From Polyangiaceae bacterium (lineage in GTDB: Bacteria > Myxococcota_A > Polyangia > Polyangiales > Polyangiaceae): DNA of 64,000 nucleotides. The translations under genes and the position numbers were made by a program. The stretch covers positions 1 through 64,000 of the forward strand of contig DAITGX010000029.1 in assembly GCA_036838085.1 (NCBI GenBank). Reading direction: 5' to 3'. The notes under the pieces were generated by a model. That model saw only the letters and a list, made by a program, of their open reading frames with translations, did no database searches and was not told the origin of the DNA. Of the stretch, positions 38,418 through 48,644 are shown one piece after another (position 1 is the stretch's first letter; each line of letters begins with the position of its first letter).

Positions 38418-39988
38418 GCTCCCCTCCCACCCACGGAAATACCACTCACTTTTAAGGTCGGTAATCCAAAACCCACCGGAACGCCCTGCCCATCCTTGCC
38501 ACAATAGCCAGCCCCGGTGATATGCTTCAAATCGTTGCCGATCATCGCCACCTTCTCGAGAACGTTTGGGCCATTGCCGATGAGGTTCGCATCCTTGATC
38601 ACATGGGTCAGTTTCCCATCTTCGATGAGCCTTCCGTGTTTCAAATAGAAGGTAAAATCCCCGGCACCAATCATCACCTGTCCGTTGGTGAAGATCTCGG
38701 CGTAAATCCCCTTTTTGACGGAAGCGATGATCTCCTCCGGGCTTTCTTTCCCCGCAAGCATATAAGTGTTGCGCATTCGCGGCACCGGTGGATAACAATA
38801 GGATTCACGACGTCCCGAGCCTGTACGGGGCGCCTTGAAGTGCTGCGCTGAAATACGGTCGTGCAAATAGGTGCGTAATACGCCGTTTTCCACCAATACC
38901 GTCTCCTCGGTGGGATGCCCTTCATCGTCGATGTTGAGCGAACCACGCTGTCGTCCAGTGCCCCCATCCACGATGGTCACACCCTCCGGAGCGATTCTTT
39001 TTCCAATCCGGTTCGCATAAATCGAAATCCCCTTGCGATTGAAATCCGCTTCCATCCCGTGCCCAATGGCCTCGTGCAAGAGCAGTCCTGGATTTCCTGG
39101 CCCAAGGACGACCGGCATGTCTCCCACCGGCGGAGACACGGCTTCAAAAAGCAACACCGTATTGCGCGCTGCCGTGGTTCCCGTGTCGTCGATATGAGCT
39201 GGCGTGAGAAAACGAATCCCATCGCGCTGGGCGAAGGTCCAGTACCCCGTCTCAGTTTTTCCCTTGTTTTCTCCTACACAGGACACGGAAAGGACGCCCA
39301 TGGGCCGCTCGTCGGCGACCAGCAGCCCCTCGGAATTGGCGATCAGGATGTGGGAGGTCTCATCTTGAAGAGCCACCGTCACCTTGATGATTCGCGTATC
39401 ATGATTTCGCGCCGCTTTTTCCGCCCGCTGAACGATCGGAAGCTTGCGGTCGATGCCGACTTCGGTCCACGGCGTTTCCACGGTGTAGCGAGACACGACG
39501 ATACGAGGCGTGAGGGTTATCGAACGCGGGCTGGAAGGGCCATCGGCCACCGCGGAAGCCATGTCCGCGGCTTCGAGCAAGGCCCCGGGCGTCAGGTCCT
39601 CCGTAAATGAAAATCCGGTCGTATCCCCTTGAATCACGCGAATGCCCGCGCCAAGACCCACCTCGGAATAGGCCCTATTGACCTCGCCATCTTCCATACC
39701 CACCCAATGCGATACCCTGTGCTGCAAAAATATTTCCGAAAAAGAAGCCCCCCGCGACAACGCCCGGGATAATACCTTGCGTATCAATCCCTCATCGACA
39801 CCGAAAGCATCAAAATGACTCACGCTCACCGCTCCCGAATCCTTGCCCGGTTCCTGCAAACTCGGTGACTTGGAAGTCAAACGCTGGATTTCCGTGCGAC
39901 CACAACCCGCCACGAAAGGCAGCGATACGGTAGCCGCACCGTAGCCCATGACTTGCAATAAGTCCCTGCGATCCAGAGAAGTGGACAT
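38414..39988 (-). CDS. tldD: TldD-family metallopeptidase (U62) with twin-arginine (Tat) signal peptide
   Basis: N-terminal MSTSLDRRDLLQVMGYGAATVSLPFVAGC (S-RR-x-LL Tat motif + lipobox-like Cys). Conserved TldD core …GIRVIQGDTTGFSFT…, …LLHEAIGHGMEADF… (HExxxH-like metal site). Confidence 0.85.
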   Translation of the reverse strand: MSTSLDRRDLLQVMGYGAATVSLPFVAGCGRTEIQRLTSKSPSLQEPGKDSGAVSVSHFDAFGVDEGLIRKVLSRALSRGASFSEIFLQHRVSHWVGMEDGEVNRAYSEVGLGAGIRVIQGDTTGFSFTEDLTPGALLEAADMASAVADGPSSPRSITLTPRIVVSRYTVETPWTEVGIDRKLPIVQRAEKAARNHDTRIIKVTVALQDETSHILIANSEGLLVADERPMGVLSVSCVGENKGKTETGYWTFAQRDGIRFLTPAHIDDTGTTAARNTVLLFEAVSPPVGDMPVVLGPGNPGLLLHEAIGHGMEADFNRKGISIYANRIGKRIAPEGVTIVDGGTGRQRGSLNIDDEGHPTEETVLVENGVLRTYLHDRISAQHFKAPRTGSGRRESYCYPPVPRMRNTYMLAGKESPEEIIASVKKGIYAEIFTNGQVMIGAGDFTFYLKHGRLIEDGKLTHVIKDANLIGNGPNVLEKVAMIGNDLKHITGAGYCGKDGQGVPVGFGLPTLKVSGISVGGRGA

Positions 39989-40604
39989 GGATTTGCCTCA
40001 TTTTCCAAGGGTTTTCCCTGGTCTACCGGAGAACCTTCGAAGACGCCAACGGAAAAAGTCTCCACCCGTCATCTTGGCCGATCCCGCCGGGACTTCCATG
40101 CTTTTTCGAGCATGTGCCCTGCCAACGCAACACCCCCTTGACGCGTTCCCATGGTGGTTGACTACACCCAAAACGACCGCTGCAGCCCCAAGCGCCCACC
40201 ACGTCGATACTGCATCATAACGAGTTCACCGCATTGACATACTTCCTTGTTGAGCCTTTTCGACAGGTTGGATCTCGACCAGGGCGGGCTCGTGTTGCGC
40301 CATCACGACTCTGTCGGCGATGCCGAGGTTTTTCCCCGCAGCGGCGTCGATAGCCGGATACTCCCACGCCACAAGACTCCCGAGCCATGGACGAGCACAG
40401 ATTCATATTCATCAATTATTTCCATTGCTTACACATTAATCACCCATGCCGATGCGTTCAACCTTGCGGAAACGAAAGCCTGTCCCGCTCATTCGCTTTG
40501 AAACCGCGTCATCGGGTTGTCTTGCAACCAGATAGTCGCCGGAACTCTCCACTCCCGCACAACTCGACCTTGCTCCCATCACCGCATCACTGTATCCTTG
40601 GAGA

Positions 40605-42098
40605 ATGAAACGCGCGCTTTGCCTCGCGGCGCTCGTCATTGTCCCACCCGCTTGCGCCGCGGACCGCGAGAGCCACGTTTCCGCCGGAGCGACCAATCCT
40701 GTGCTCGACGCCAGCATCGACCCGGATGATGTTTCTGATTCCTATATTCCATGGGATGGTTCGCCCGAAGAGCCCACCCCAGTCGATGCTTCCGATGAAA
40801 TCGGCGGGGATTCATCGATCGACTCGTCTAAGGATGCCGGGGAGGAAAGCGCCATCGAGCCGTTCATCCCGGCCGAATTGCGGGTGGGGCTGATCCACAC
40901 CGGACCTTCCCCCCAGACGACACCTGCCACATGGAATGCCCACCTGCCGAAAATCGTGGGCGACGGCGCATTCTGGTATGCGGTCCATACCCATTATCCC
41001 CCCTCCGTAGCGGATCGTTATGCGGCAATCATGAGACGCGAGGCCGGAAGCGCCCTCCATGCTTGGGTGGAAGTTGCGCGTATCGCTTATCCGCATCAGT
41101 CCCCTGGGATCGTGATGGACATATCGCAGCGGCTGCACCTCATCTTCGATTGTATGCGCCCCGCCACGCAAGATGTGCTCTGTTTTCCAGGAGGAGCGGG
41201 GACGACGGGAAGAAACTCGCGATTCTACCACCTGATCTTCTCCACGCGGGATGGCAGCGGCGCGCTCCGTTTCGATACCTACAGCAACCATGACGAATGG
41301 ACCGCGGAGTCCAACGGCTACCAGGGAATCGCAACCACCACCGACGGGGTGACAGTATGGGCACTGGCCGACTCTGCCTGGGGACGTGTGGTACAGTGGT
41401 GGTACAGCGGTGCGCAATACGGCACCATCGGCACGTTGACAGCCGCCCCCGCATACCTGCTTTATCCAATCTTGACCGGACACCCGTCCCTCGGTTCTTC
41501 ACAACTCATCCTTTACGCCGGGGAGTTCGACCCCGCGGGGGGCAATAACGCAAGCTACCTCGCTTCCACCGCCTACGTTGGAAATACGTCGTCGCTGAGC
41601 CAATTATTCCGTCGTGCGCCAGCGCAACCCGTTCCAGGCATAGTCAGCGCCTATCCCTCGGACCTCGAACACGACGCGCAGGGCACGTTGTACGCGCTCT
41701 CCTATTTACCGAAAAGTGAAAAACAATGCACGGAACTCCTTCGCTTCGACAGCGAGCTCGCGCAGCCGCCCACGATCGTGCCAGTGGGATGCGTAAGCAA
41801 CTACGCCAAGCTCAAATTCGCTAGCCATGGAGCGCTATACCTGCTCGACGCCGGCCCCGGCGCGACTATATCCCTTGGCGTGAGCATGGACCGGGGCGAT
41901 AGCTGGACATGGCATTCGGTTCCCATCACGGGATTGCCATCCAACGGTGATATTCGCTACGTGGGATATACGCCGGTTAAGCCCTACACCTCGCCACTTA
42001 CGTACGAACCAAATCGATGGGTGGTGTTTTTCTCCGGACTCGATGAGTCGAACGGATCGGTGCATAGCTACGTCGGCGAGATGGATCTGGCGCCGTAA
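40605..42098 (+). CDS. Secreted BNR/Asp-box repeat (sialidase-like beta-propeller) protein
   Basis: Signal MKRALCLAALVIVPPACA. Asp-box SMDRGDSWTW (S-x-D-x-G-x-S-W) plus further …STRDGSGA…/…TTTDGVTVW… repeats. Acidic Ser/Asp-rich linker after the signal. Confidence 0.6.
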   Translation: MKRALCLAALVIVPPACAADRESHVSAGATNPVLDASIDPDDVSDSYIPWDGSPEEPTPVDASDEIGGDSSIDSSKDAGEESAIEPFIPAELRVGLIHTGPSPQTTPATWNAHLPKIVGDGAFWYAVHTHYPPSVADRYAAIMRREAGSALHAWVEVARIAYPHQSPGIVMDISQRLHLIFDCMRPATQDVLCFPGGAGTTGRNSRFYHLIFSTRDGSGALRFDTYSNHDEWTAESNGYQGIATTTDGVTVWALADSAWGRVVQWWYSGAQYGTIGTLTAAPAYLLYPILTGHPSLGSSQLILYAGEFDPAGGNNASYLASTAYVGNTSSLSQLFRRAPAQPVPGIVSAYPSDLEHDAQGTLYALSYLPKSEKQCTELLRFDSELAQPPTIVPVGCVSNYAKLKFASHGALYLLDAGPGATISLGVSMDRGDSWTWHSVPITGLPSNGDIRYVGYTPVKPYTSPLTYEPNRWVVFFSGLDESNGSVHSYVGEMDLAP

Positions 42099-42455
42099 TG
42101 CCCGGGCCGCGAACGGAAGCGTCGCGAGATGGCCACCCCCTCGACAGCAAGACCGCTGCCAAGCTCCAAAGCGCGAAGATTCATCCCATGATTTCCAAGG
42201 CAAGCCGCTCGTTTTTCAACATCCTCCTCAAGGCTCCCCCCAATATCCACCGCACTATCGCATAGACTACGATCCATGAAAGCTCGTCTCCCCCGCGCAC
42301 GAGCAGCCGGGATGTGACAAATCTGTCGTATCTCGCTCATTCCAATGTCCTTATCGGGACTGCTTCGCAGACCTCCCTGTCGAAAAACGTCCACCCGCGG
42401 TGCCATTATCACAGGACCATAGCAGGAAAGATCGCTGGAACTTACCCGCGTTGGC

Positions 42456-45400
42456 CTAGATACCGTACTCAGCGCGCTCGATCAGCTCGAGCTGCATCTG
42501 CTTGTTCAGCGTGACGAAATAGGCATTATACCCGGAAATCCGCACGAGCAAATTGCGATAGTTCTCCGGATGAACCATCGCGTCGCGAAGGGTATCGGAC
42601 GTGACTGCGTTGAGCTGCATTTGCATGCCCCCCAGCGAAAAATAGGACTTCACGTACGCGGCCATCGTGTCGACCGTCCGCTCCCGCGACTCATGGGCCG
42701 ATGGCACCACCTTCACATTGAAGGCAATATTGTTCGGCATATTGGCCGGATCCAACCTGGCCACATCACGGATATTGTCCAATAGGTTCGGCGATGCCCC
42801 CGGTGTGGGAGTCAGACCTGGCGTAAATGGCTTGCCCGCCAACCGCCCCGACGGCAAAGCTCCAGCCAGCGTGCCGTAAGATACATGCGTAGACATCGAC
42901 CAGAACCCAGCCGCATAACGGCCTCCCCGGTAGTTGGTATACCGATCATACAGCGACTGCACCATCTTGGTAATGCGGTTGCCCATCGCCACGGCGTCTT
43001 CGTTGCCCGAGCCAAAAAGCGCTACTTTGTGGGATACCTGCGCCAATAACAGCGGATCGTTGGCGAAATTCGTGTCCACTGCCCGCTTGAGGTCAGCGAA
43101 TGACACAACTCGTTGCTCGAATACGAGCTTCTGGATCACCAACATCGAATCGATGACGTCAACCAGCCCGATGCACGCAGCCCCAGAACTGTTGTACCTG
43201 GCTCCCCCATACGTAACATCCTTTCCCGATGCAATGGTGCCCTCGATCAGGCTGGACAGCAGTGGCGTCGGACGAAGCTGCTGATGCGCCTTACCCAACA
43301 TCTCGTTGTACTCGATCGATCGGTCGACCAGAAAAGCCACCTGCTGCCGGTAAGCCTCGAAAAACTGGTCGAAATTCGCAAAATCGCCAGCCTCGATCGA
43401 ACCGGTAGATGGTCCCACCTTCCAATCCATCAGCGGATGCCAGCCGTCGTTCAACGCCATCTCCAGCGCCGCCACCAGACTGAGCATCTGGAAATTGGTA
43501 TGGCCGATATGCTTTCCCGACAGCGTCGGCTCCACACACCCGGTCGCCGCCCAATCACGCACGTCACGTACCTCATAGCCATAGCGGCTCAAGGCCTTCC
43601 CCACGACCTCGTCGTTATGCAACGACGGAGTCGCCGCCGTGATCAGATTGACCTCGCAAAGACGCTTCAGGTACGCTTGGCTGTTTTTGCCCAGATGGAA
43701 TCTAGCGTTCACATTTGGGTCGCGAAGACTAAGGATTTCAGTGACTTTCAAGAATATATACGTCATATCGCAGACCGCGTCTTCGCCTTCGGGGGTCACC
43801 CCGCCCAGCGTGATCGCTTGATCCGAGGAACTGCCACCAAAGTAGTAGTTGGCCACGTCGGGAGTCAGCGGCAAGTGGTCCGTGCAGCGCAGCATCAAGT
43901 CACCCACCAGTTCAATCGCACGTTTGGTGTAGGCCCGCCGCTGCTCCAAAGTCTCCAACTTGCCCATATCGGCCTCGAAATATGGCTGCAGCCACTGGTC
44001 CAACCGGCCCATCGACAGCCCGGCATTGGTGCTTTCCATATGCAGCCCCACCCACGTGATCCACACCGAATTCACCGCCTCATCGAGCGTGCGGGCTGGC
44101 CCCACGACCACCTGGCTACAGATCTCGGCCAGTCGGCGCAACTCAGCCGCCCGACTGGGGTCGCTTTCCCGCTCCGCCTCATACGCCGCTTGCGCCGCCA
44201 AATGCCGAGAATAGGTGCCCAACCCCTCCAGCGCGAGAATGAATGCCCGCCGGGTGGTATTACGCTCCTCATCCGAGTCGGCAGCCATCGCTTCCTCGAT
44301 CTCGGCGATGATGCCGGACGTTCCCAGCCGCAACATCTTGGGGAAATCCGGGATCGTGTGTGAGATGGTTGCGGTTTTCCAGTCGAAATAGACCGCAAAT
44401 CGGTCGTCGATACGCTGGCCCAAAGGCGAACGGTAGTGGTCTCGCACCCATTCCTTGAAGTTGCGACGGCTCCAATAGGGGAATACATCCTTATGCAGCA
44501 ATTCTCGGGTCTCCTCCGAGACACCGTAAGGATTCAGAGGTCGATGCGGCACCGTCAGCAGCTCGCCCCAGATCATCGTCCCATGCCCCTCCGGATAGAC
44601 AACCACACCGGTTTCCTTGGTAGTTGTCGTGCCGGCAATGAGGTCGTTGGCATGGATGATCGGCCGACGATTCTCCATCACATATTGATAGGCCAGGGCT
44701 TTGCGCAGCACCGGGTGCCAGGGCTTGCCCTTCGAATCTCGCTCGAAACCGTGTTTTCGATGCCATTCGGTCAATAGTTTCGGCAATTCTGGGCATACCT
44801 CGGCGTCATGGTCGAGGTGCCGGTTCAAAAACTTAGCTAGCCGCGGGAAATCCTTCAAACTGAAATCACGCAAGTAGGGGTCCTCGAGATATTTCACACC
44901 CGGATCGACTTGCGAAGTCGCAATGCGGTAGTCCGCACGCTCGCGCATCTGCCGGGCCAGATCAGGATTCGTGGCACCGGCTTGTGTGCGACGATCAGCG
45001 TTATCGTTACGAAGATCTTTCGCCAGATTCTTGATTTGCTGGCGGAAAAGGAGTCGGGAAATCAGATATACGAACAGGTTTAGCGATGATGTATTGCCAT
45101 CGACGTAAAAGTCGTTGCGCAACGTCATGAGGACCTGCTCGGTTGGCGTGGCCGTGAGGAATTTCGTAACTTCAGCGTCGGATTTGAATACCAGCACGAC
45201 ATCGACGGCCTCGGGAATGCGGCCCATCGCCTTTGCTTTGCCATCTCGAAACCGGATTCCGGTGCGCACGGAGCCAGAGCGGGTGCGAATGCCGACCACA
45301 AGATCGATCCAACCGTCCTTGATACGCAATTCGTCACGCAACCTGGGGTGCCAGGTGTAGAGCTTGGCCATGAGACCGAGCAGCCCACGCACGATCAATT

Positions 45401-45563
45401 GTTGCGGACTGTGGCGCGCCGCATCGCTCACCGCCGGGTCCGGATGAAATGGGCGCATGTCCAGCGGGTCCACCGGGGGCAGCTTCACAGCGGTCGGTTC
45501 GGCCATGGTCATGGCATGCTCGGTTCCGGAAGAAGTGGACGAAGAGGTGTTGGGGAACGTCAT
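42456..45563 (-). CDS. Glycyl radical enzyme (PFL2/glycerol-dehydratase/CutC-like eliminase class) with ~200 aa N-terminal SCP2-like extension
   Basis: C-terminal glycyl-radical motif …LLVRISGYNAYFVTLNKQMQLELIERAEY (RISGY). Cys loop …ATGCVEPTLSGK (GCVE, as in glycerol dehydratase/CutC/HypD-type enzymes). 1035 aa. N-terminal …GRIPEAVDVVLVFKSDAEVTKFLTATPTEQVLMTLRNDFYVDGNTSSLNLFVYL resembles the SCP2 sterol-carrier fold. ATG overlaps the activase stop (ATGA). Confidence 0.9.
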   Translation of the reverse strand: MTFPNTSSSTSSGTEHAMTMAEPTAVKLPPVDPLDMRPFHPDPAVSDAARHSPQQLIVRGLLGLMAKLYTWHPRLRDELRIKDGWIDLVVGIRTRSGSVRTGIRFRDGKAKAMGRIPEAVDVVLVFKSDAEVTKFLTATPTEQVLMTLRNDFYVDGNTSSLNLFVYLISRLLFRQQIKNLAKDLRNDNADRRTQAGATNPDLARQMRERADYRIATSQVDPGVKYLEDPYLRDFSLKDFPRLAKFLNRHLDHDAEVCPELPKLLTEWHRKHGFERDSKGKPWHPVLRKALAYQYVMENRRPIIHANDLIAGTTTTKETGVVVYPEGHGTMIWGELLTVPHRPLNPYGVSEETRELLHKDVFPYWSRRNFKEWVRDHYRSPLGQRIDDRFAVYFDWKTATISHTIPDFPKMLRLGTSGIIAEIEEAMAADSDEERNTTRRAFILALEGLGTYSRHLAAQAAYEAERESDPSRAAELRRLAEICSQVVVGPARTLDEAVNSVWITWVGLHMESTNAGLSMGRLDQWLQPYFEADMGKLETLEQRRAYTKRAIELVGDLMLRCTDHLPLTPDVANYYFGGSSSDQAITLGGVTPEGEDAVCDMTYIFLKVTEILSLRDPNVNARFHLGKNSQAYLKRLCEVNLITAATPSLHNDEVVGKALSRYGYEVRDVRDWAATGCVEPTLSGKHIGHTNFQMLSLVAALEMALNDGWHPLMDWKVGPSTGSIEAGDFANFDQFFEAYRQQVAFLVDRSIEYNEMLGKAHQQLRPTPLLSSLIEGTIASGKDVTYGGARYNSSGAACIGLVDVIDSMLVIQKLVFEQRVVSFADLKRAVDTNFANDPLLLAQVSHKVALFGSGNEDAVAMGNRITKMVQSLYDRYTNYRGGRYAAGFWSMSTHVSYGTLAGALPSGRLAGKPFTPGLTPTPGASPNLLDNIRDVARLDPANMPNNIAFNVKVVPSAHESRERTVDTMAAYVKSYFSLGGMQMQLNAVTSDTLRDAMVHPENYRNLLVRISGYNAYFVTLNKQMQLELIERAEYGI

Positions 45564-46492
45564 ATCGCCTCCAGGCCGAGATCAACGAGATGTTGGCGCA
45601 GTCGGGCTGCCAGGCCGCGGGGCAGCCATGTCCGCATAATATCTAACTCAGTGAATTTGTTAGCAATTCCCAATTGAGGACCCTTGTCTACCCAGGTTGG
45701 ATTGTAATCCAGCAACCGGACTTGACGAACCCCCACATCGAGCAGAAATCGGCCGATCGCCGTCAGGTTTTCTTCCGTCGCGGTGATATCCGGGACCAGC
45801 GGAATGCGCGGCTGCAGATCGAACGTCCCGGCACGGGATAGCTCCACCAACCGCTTGAAATTGGCCAGGATCCGCTCGTTCGGCACCCCGCAATACGCAC
45901 GGTGGTCCTCGGAATCCATGAGTTTCAGGTCATAATAGATGGCGTTCAGATGCGGCAGCACCCCTCGTTCGAACGGCTCCCACCGAAAGTATCCGGCAGT
46001 CTCTAAAAGGGTGTGTATACCTTCGGCACGACAGGCCGCGGCAAGTTCCCCAAGCAGCTCCATCGCTAGAGTCGGCTCTCCCCCGGAAAAGGTGACGCCG
46101 CCTCCGGAGGCTTCATAAAAGGGCTTATCCGCGCGAAGCTTGGCCATCAACTCGGCGACGTTGGCTGGCTTACCCACCTGGCGCAAAGCCCCCGATGGAC
46201 AGACCGGTACGCAGTCGAAGCATCTGGTGCAGGCCCAACGATTGATGCCGACACCAGGCATGATGGCGTCCTCGGGGCAGTGGCCACGACATCGGGTACA
46301 GCCGGAAATACAATCCGCAACATTAAATGACAACTCAGCGTTTTGACTCAAACTTTCCGGGTTATGACACCATCGGCACGACAGCTTACAGCCCTTGAAA
46401 AAAACCACCGAGCGAATGCCCGGACCGTCGTCAAGCGCGTTGCCTTTCACCTCGAGCAGCAACGGTTCGTGCTTCGTCAGAATGGCCGTCAT
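45560..46492 (-). CDS. Glycyl-radical-enzyme activating enzyme (radical SAM) with extra ferredoxin-like Cys clusters
   Basis: N-terminal …GPGIRSVVFFKGCKLSCRWCHNPE (CX3CX2C). Two additional Cys clusters …CISGCTRCRGHCPE… / …CTRCFDCVPVCPSGA… typical of non-PFL activases. Confidence 0.9.
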   Translation of the reverse strand: MTAILTKHEPLLLEVKGNALDDGPGIRSVVFFKGCKLSCRWCHNPESLSQNAELSFNVADCISGCTRCRGHCPEDAIMPGVGINRWACTRCFDCVPVCPSGALRQVGKPANVAELMAKLRADKPFYEASGGGVTFSGGEPTLAMELLGELAAACRAEGIHTLLETAGYFRWEPFERGVLPHLNAIYYDLKLMDSEDHRAYCGVPNERILANFKRLVELSRAGTFDLQPRIPLVPDITATEENLTAIGRFLLDVGVRQVRLLDYNPTWVDKGPQLGIANKFTELDIMRTWLPRGLAARLRQHLVDLGLEAI

Positions 46493-46507
46493 CGCTGCTA
46501 TCCCTCC

Positions 46508-47188
46508 TCACTGCAGGGTTGGCTGCTCACGCGCAGCGGTGGGGTTCAGAGCGAGAATCTCATGGACAACGCTATTTTTGATCCGTGTGATCATGCGCTC
46601 TTTCAGAGAAGCCGGGTCAGGATGCATGTAGTCGATGAGGTGGTTGTGGATGCCTGCGATATAACCATGTAACTGCGTCCACAGGCGAACCGTGATGAAG
46701 TACAGGTCATCCCTTGCTGGCGGCGTGCCGGTGCAGGCAGCGATGGTAGTGGCAGTCAGGCGGAGACTGTCGAGCGCCGTCTCGAGTTCGACCCGAGCCG
46801 TGTTCTCCATCGCCGTGCCCACGTAGTCGTCATACTTGGGCACATGCCAGGTGAACATCAACCCGTATAGGTGTGTATTGTCGAAGGCAAACGTCACGTA
46901 GGCATCGATCAGCGCGTCGAGCCGTTCGAATGGGTTGGTATGGGGTTCGGCCGCTTTGGCAAGAGCCTGACCGAGGCTATGAAAGCCGCGGGTGAGCAGA
47001 CCGAGGTACAATTCGTCTTGGGAGGCGAAGTAGTTGTAGACCGTTTTCGCGGCGATGCCCAGGCGAGCGCCGAGTTTGCGCATGGAAAAACCTTGCCAAC
47101 CTGCCTCCACGAACAAGTTCAATGCCTCGTCCAAGATCTGGTTTCGCACGGCTTCGACCTCGTTTTCCGAACGACGGCGTCTTGGCAT
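46508..47188 (-). CDS. TetR-family transcriptional regulator
   Basis: HTH …FSMRKLGARLGIAAKTVYNYFASQDELYLGLL… 226 aa. Sits 15 bp upstream of the activase on the same strand. Confidence 0.85.
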   Translation of the reverse strand: MPRRRRSENEVEAVRNQILDEALNLFVEAGWQGFSMRKLGARLGIAAKTVYNYFASQDELYLGLLTRGFHSLGQALAKAAEPHTNPFERLDALIDAYVTFAFDNTHLYGLMFTWHVPKYDDYVGTAMENTARVELETALDSLRLTATTIAACTGTPPARDDLYFITVRLWTQLHGYIAGIHNHLIDYMHPDPASLKERMITRIKNSVVHEILALNPTAAREQPTLQ

Positions 47189-47702
47189 GGGGGCTCCTTC
47201 CGGTGCGGTTCGTGGATGTAATGCTGTTACAATAACACCGTTACCTTAACGTCGCAACCGACTGATCGGCATGTATTTCGGCTCTGAGCACGATTTTGGG
47301 AAGCCCCCTAACGCCGCGACTGTGCAAGCGCCGACTGCACGGGGCTGCCGCGTCTGCTACAACCCATATTATGCTGAATCGACGAACGTAAGCCGTGCGC
47401 GCCTTGGTTCGATGCGTTGGTGATTCGCCATCGCGTGAGCAGGGAAGCTGGAAGGACGGTTTTCCGCTGGAGGTGAGCGAGTGTTGATCTGATTTATCCG
47501 CTACGTGGCCCATCCCCCGCGGAACCACCTCCCCACAACCCATGGCCCTTCGAATCACCCCGATAGACCAACGTCAATACCACCCAATACACCGCCCTAA
47601 GCGTGTATATTGTTGTATTTATTATAGTTTATCAATACCCCGACGTTCGATGGAAACGACACGGTCACCGGAGCGGATTCTCTTGCTCTCTATTGATCGG
47701 AA

Positions 47703-48638
47703 TCAACTTCCGAACGCAATGAGTTCGCTTTTACGAGCTTTGCGGGAACGTCCGTCCTGGTCCACGATGAGCACTCCTTTGGCATCGATACTCTGCACCC
47801 GGTACAACTCCCACACCGACCCTTTTCTCGGACGAGCCAGAACCATTTGCCCCGGTTGCACATCCTGCGGCTTTTTCGGTTTCGGCGTGACCTCACGCGC
47901 TTCCCGGATCGAAAGCGGTGACTTATCGTCCCACGAAACATGCACGTTCGTGGGCGTGATGCGGCGAATCCTTCCTCCACGCCAGGAGCCGTCTTCGTGT
48001 CTTGCCACCACTTCATCGCCTGGTTTTGGCTCCCATCCCGGCGGTTGATACGGTCGTGTTTGCTGGTTCATGGCCGCGAAAAAATCTCTATGTTCGGACA
48101 ATTCCTTGTGTTTTTGACCGATCCGCCGCCGCGTCTCCTCCCGTAGCCCCACCACATCGCCCTCCGCTAGGTCATACGTCTTGCCCTGCGCATCTTCCAC
48201 CTCTACCCGTCCCGAAGCGACCTGCTTGATGAGACAGCCCACCCAGGTATCCGGGGCAGTTTTGCACGCCGCAAAATCGTTGATGGTTACCGCGGCCGCA
48301 CGAGAACCCAGCCCATACACCCGGTCGTCGGAAACCCTGATCTTCGTTTTTCGGCCGCCATATTCCACCGTGATCGGGTCGCCGTCCTTGACCACACGGC
48401 CTTGCACAAACTGCCCATCTTCTTTTTCCACCAACACATTCTCGCCCATTGACGGTCTCGAAGGTTGTTGCACCGGAGCAGGCGCCGACACCGTCGACGA
48501 CGCCGAGGCTACCCCTTGGTCGGATGGTTCACGATGGGAGCACCCCATCGAAGGAAGGAATGCCCAACCTAGCAAGAAACCAACCGCGAAACGCCACGCC
48601 ATGGGCGCCGACGATAGTGCAGGTTGCCCCAGAGGCAA
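47703..48638 (-). CDS. Hypothetical secreted lipoprotein
   Basis: MAWRFAVGFLLGWAFLPSMGCS signal. Repeated small beta-rich modules (…GRVVKDGDPITVEYGG…, …GKTYDLAEGDVVGL…, …GQMVLARPRKGSVWELYRV…) reminiscent of SH3/Tudor/KOW-like barrels. No firm family assignment. Confidence 0.5.
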   Translation of the reverse strand: MPLGQPALSSAPMAWRFAVGFLLGWAFLPSMGCSHREPSDQGVASASSTVSAPAPVQQPSRPSMGENVLVEKEDGQFVQGRVVKDGDPITVEYGGRKTKIRVSDDRVYGLGSRAAAVTINDFAACKTAPDTWVGCLIKQVASGRVEVEDAQGKTYDLAEGDVVGLREETRRRIGQKHKELSEHRDFFAAMNQQTRPYQPPGWEPKPGDEVVARHEDGSWRGGRIRRITPTNVHVSWDDKSPLSIREAREVTPKPKKPQDVQPGQMVLARPRKGSVWELYRVQSIDAKGVLIVDQDGRSRKARKSELIAFGS

Positions 48639-48644
48639 GGACCG

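Noticed and set aside
43113-44363. 416-aa plus-strand ORF inside the glycyl radical enzyme gene
   Set aside because: Antisense shadow. Arg/His/Gln-rich low-complexity translation.
47189-47702. Possible TetR operator palindromes upstream of the TetR–activase–GRE operon (e.g. GTGCA-N11-TGCAC near 47320)
   Set aside because: Only short, weak inverted repeats. Cannot be assigned without footprinting or motif comparison. Region is likely a promoter, but no specific site is supportable.
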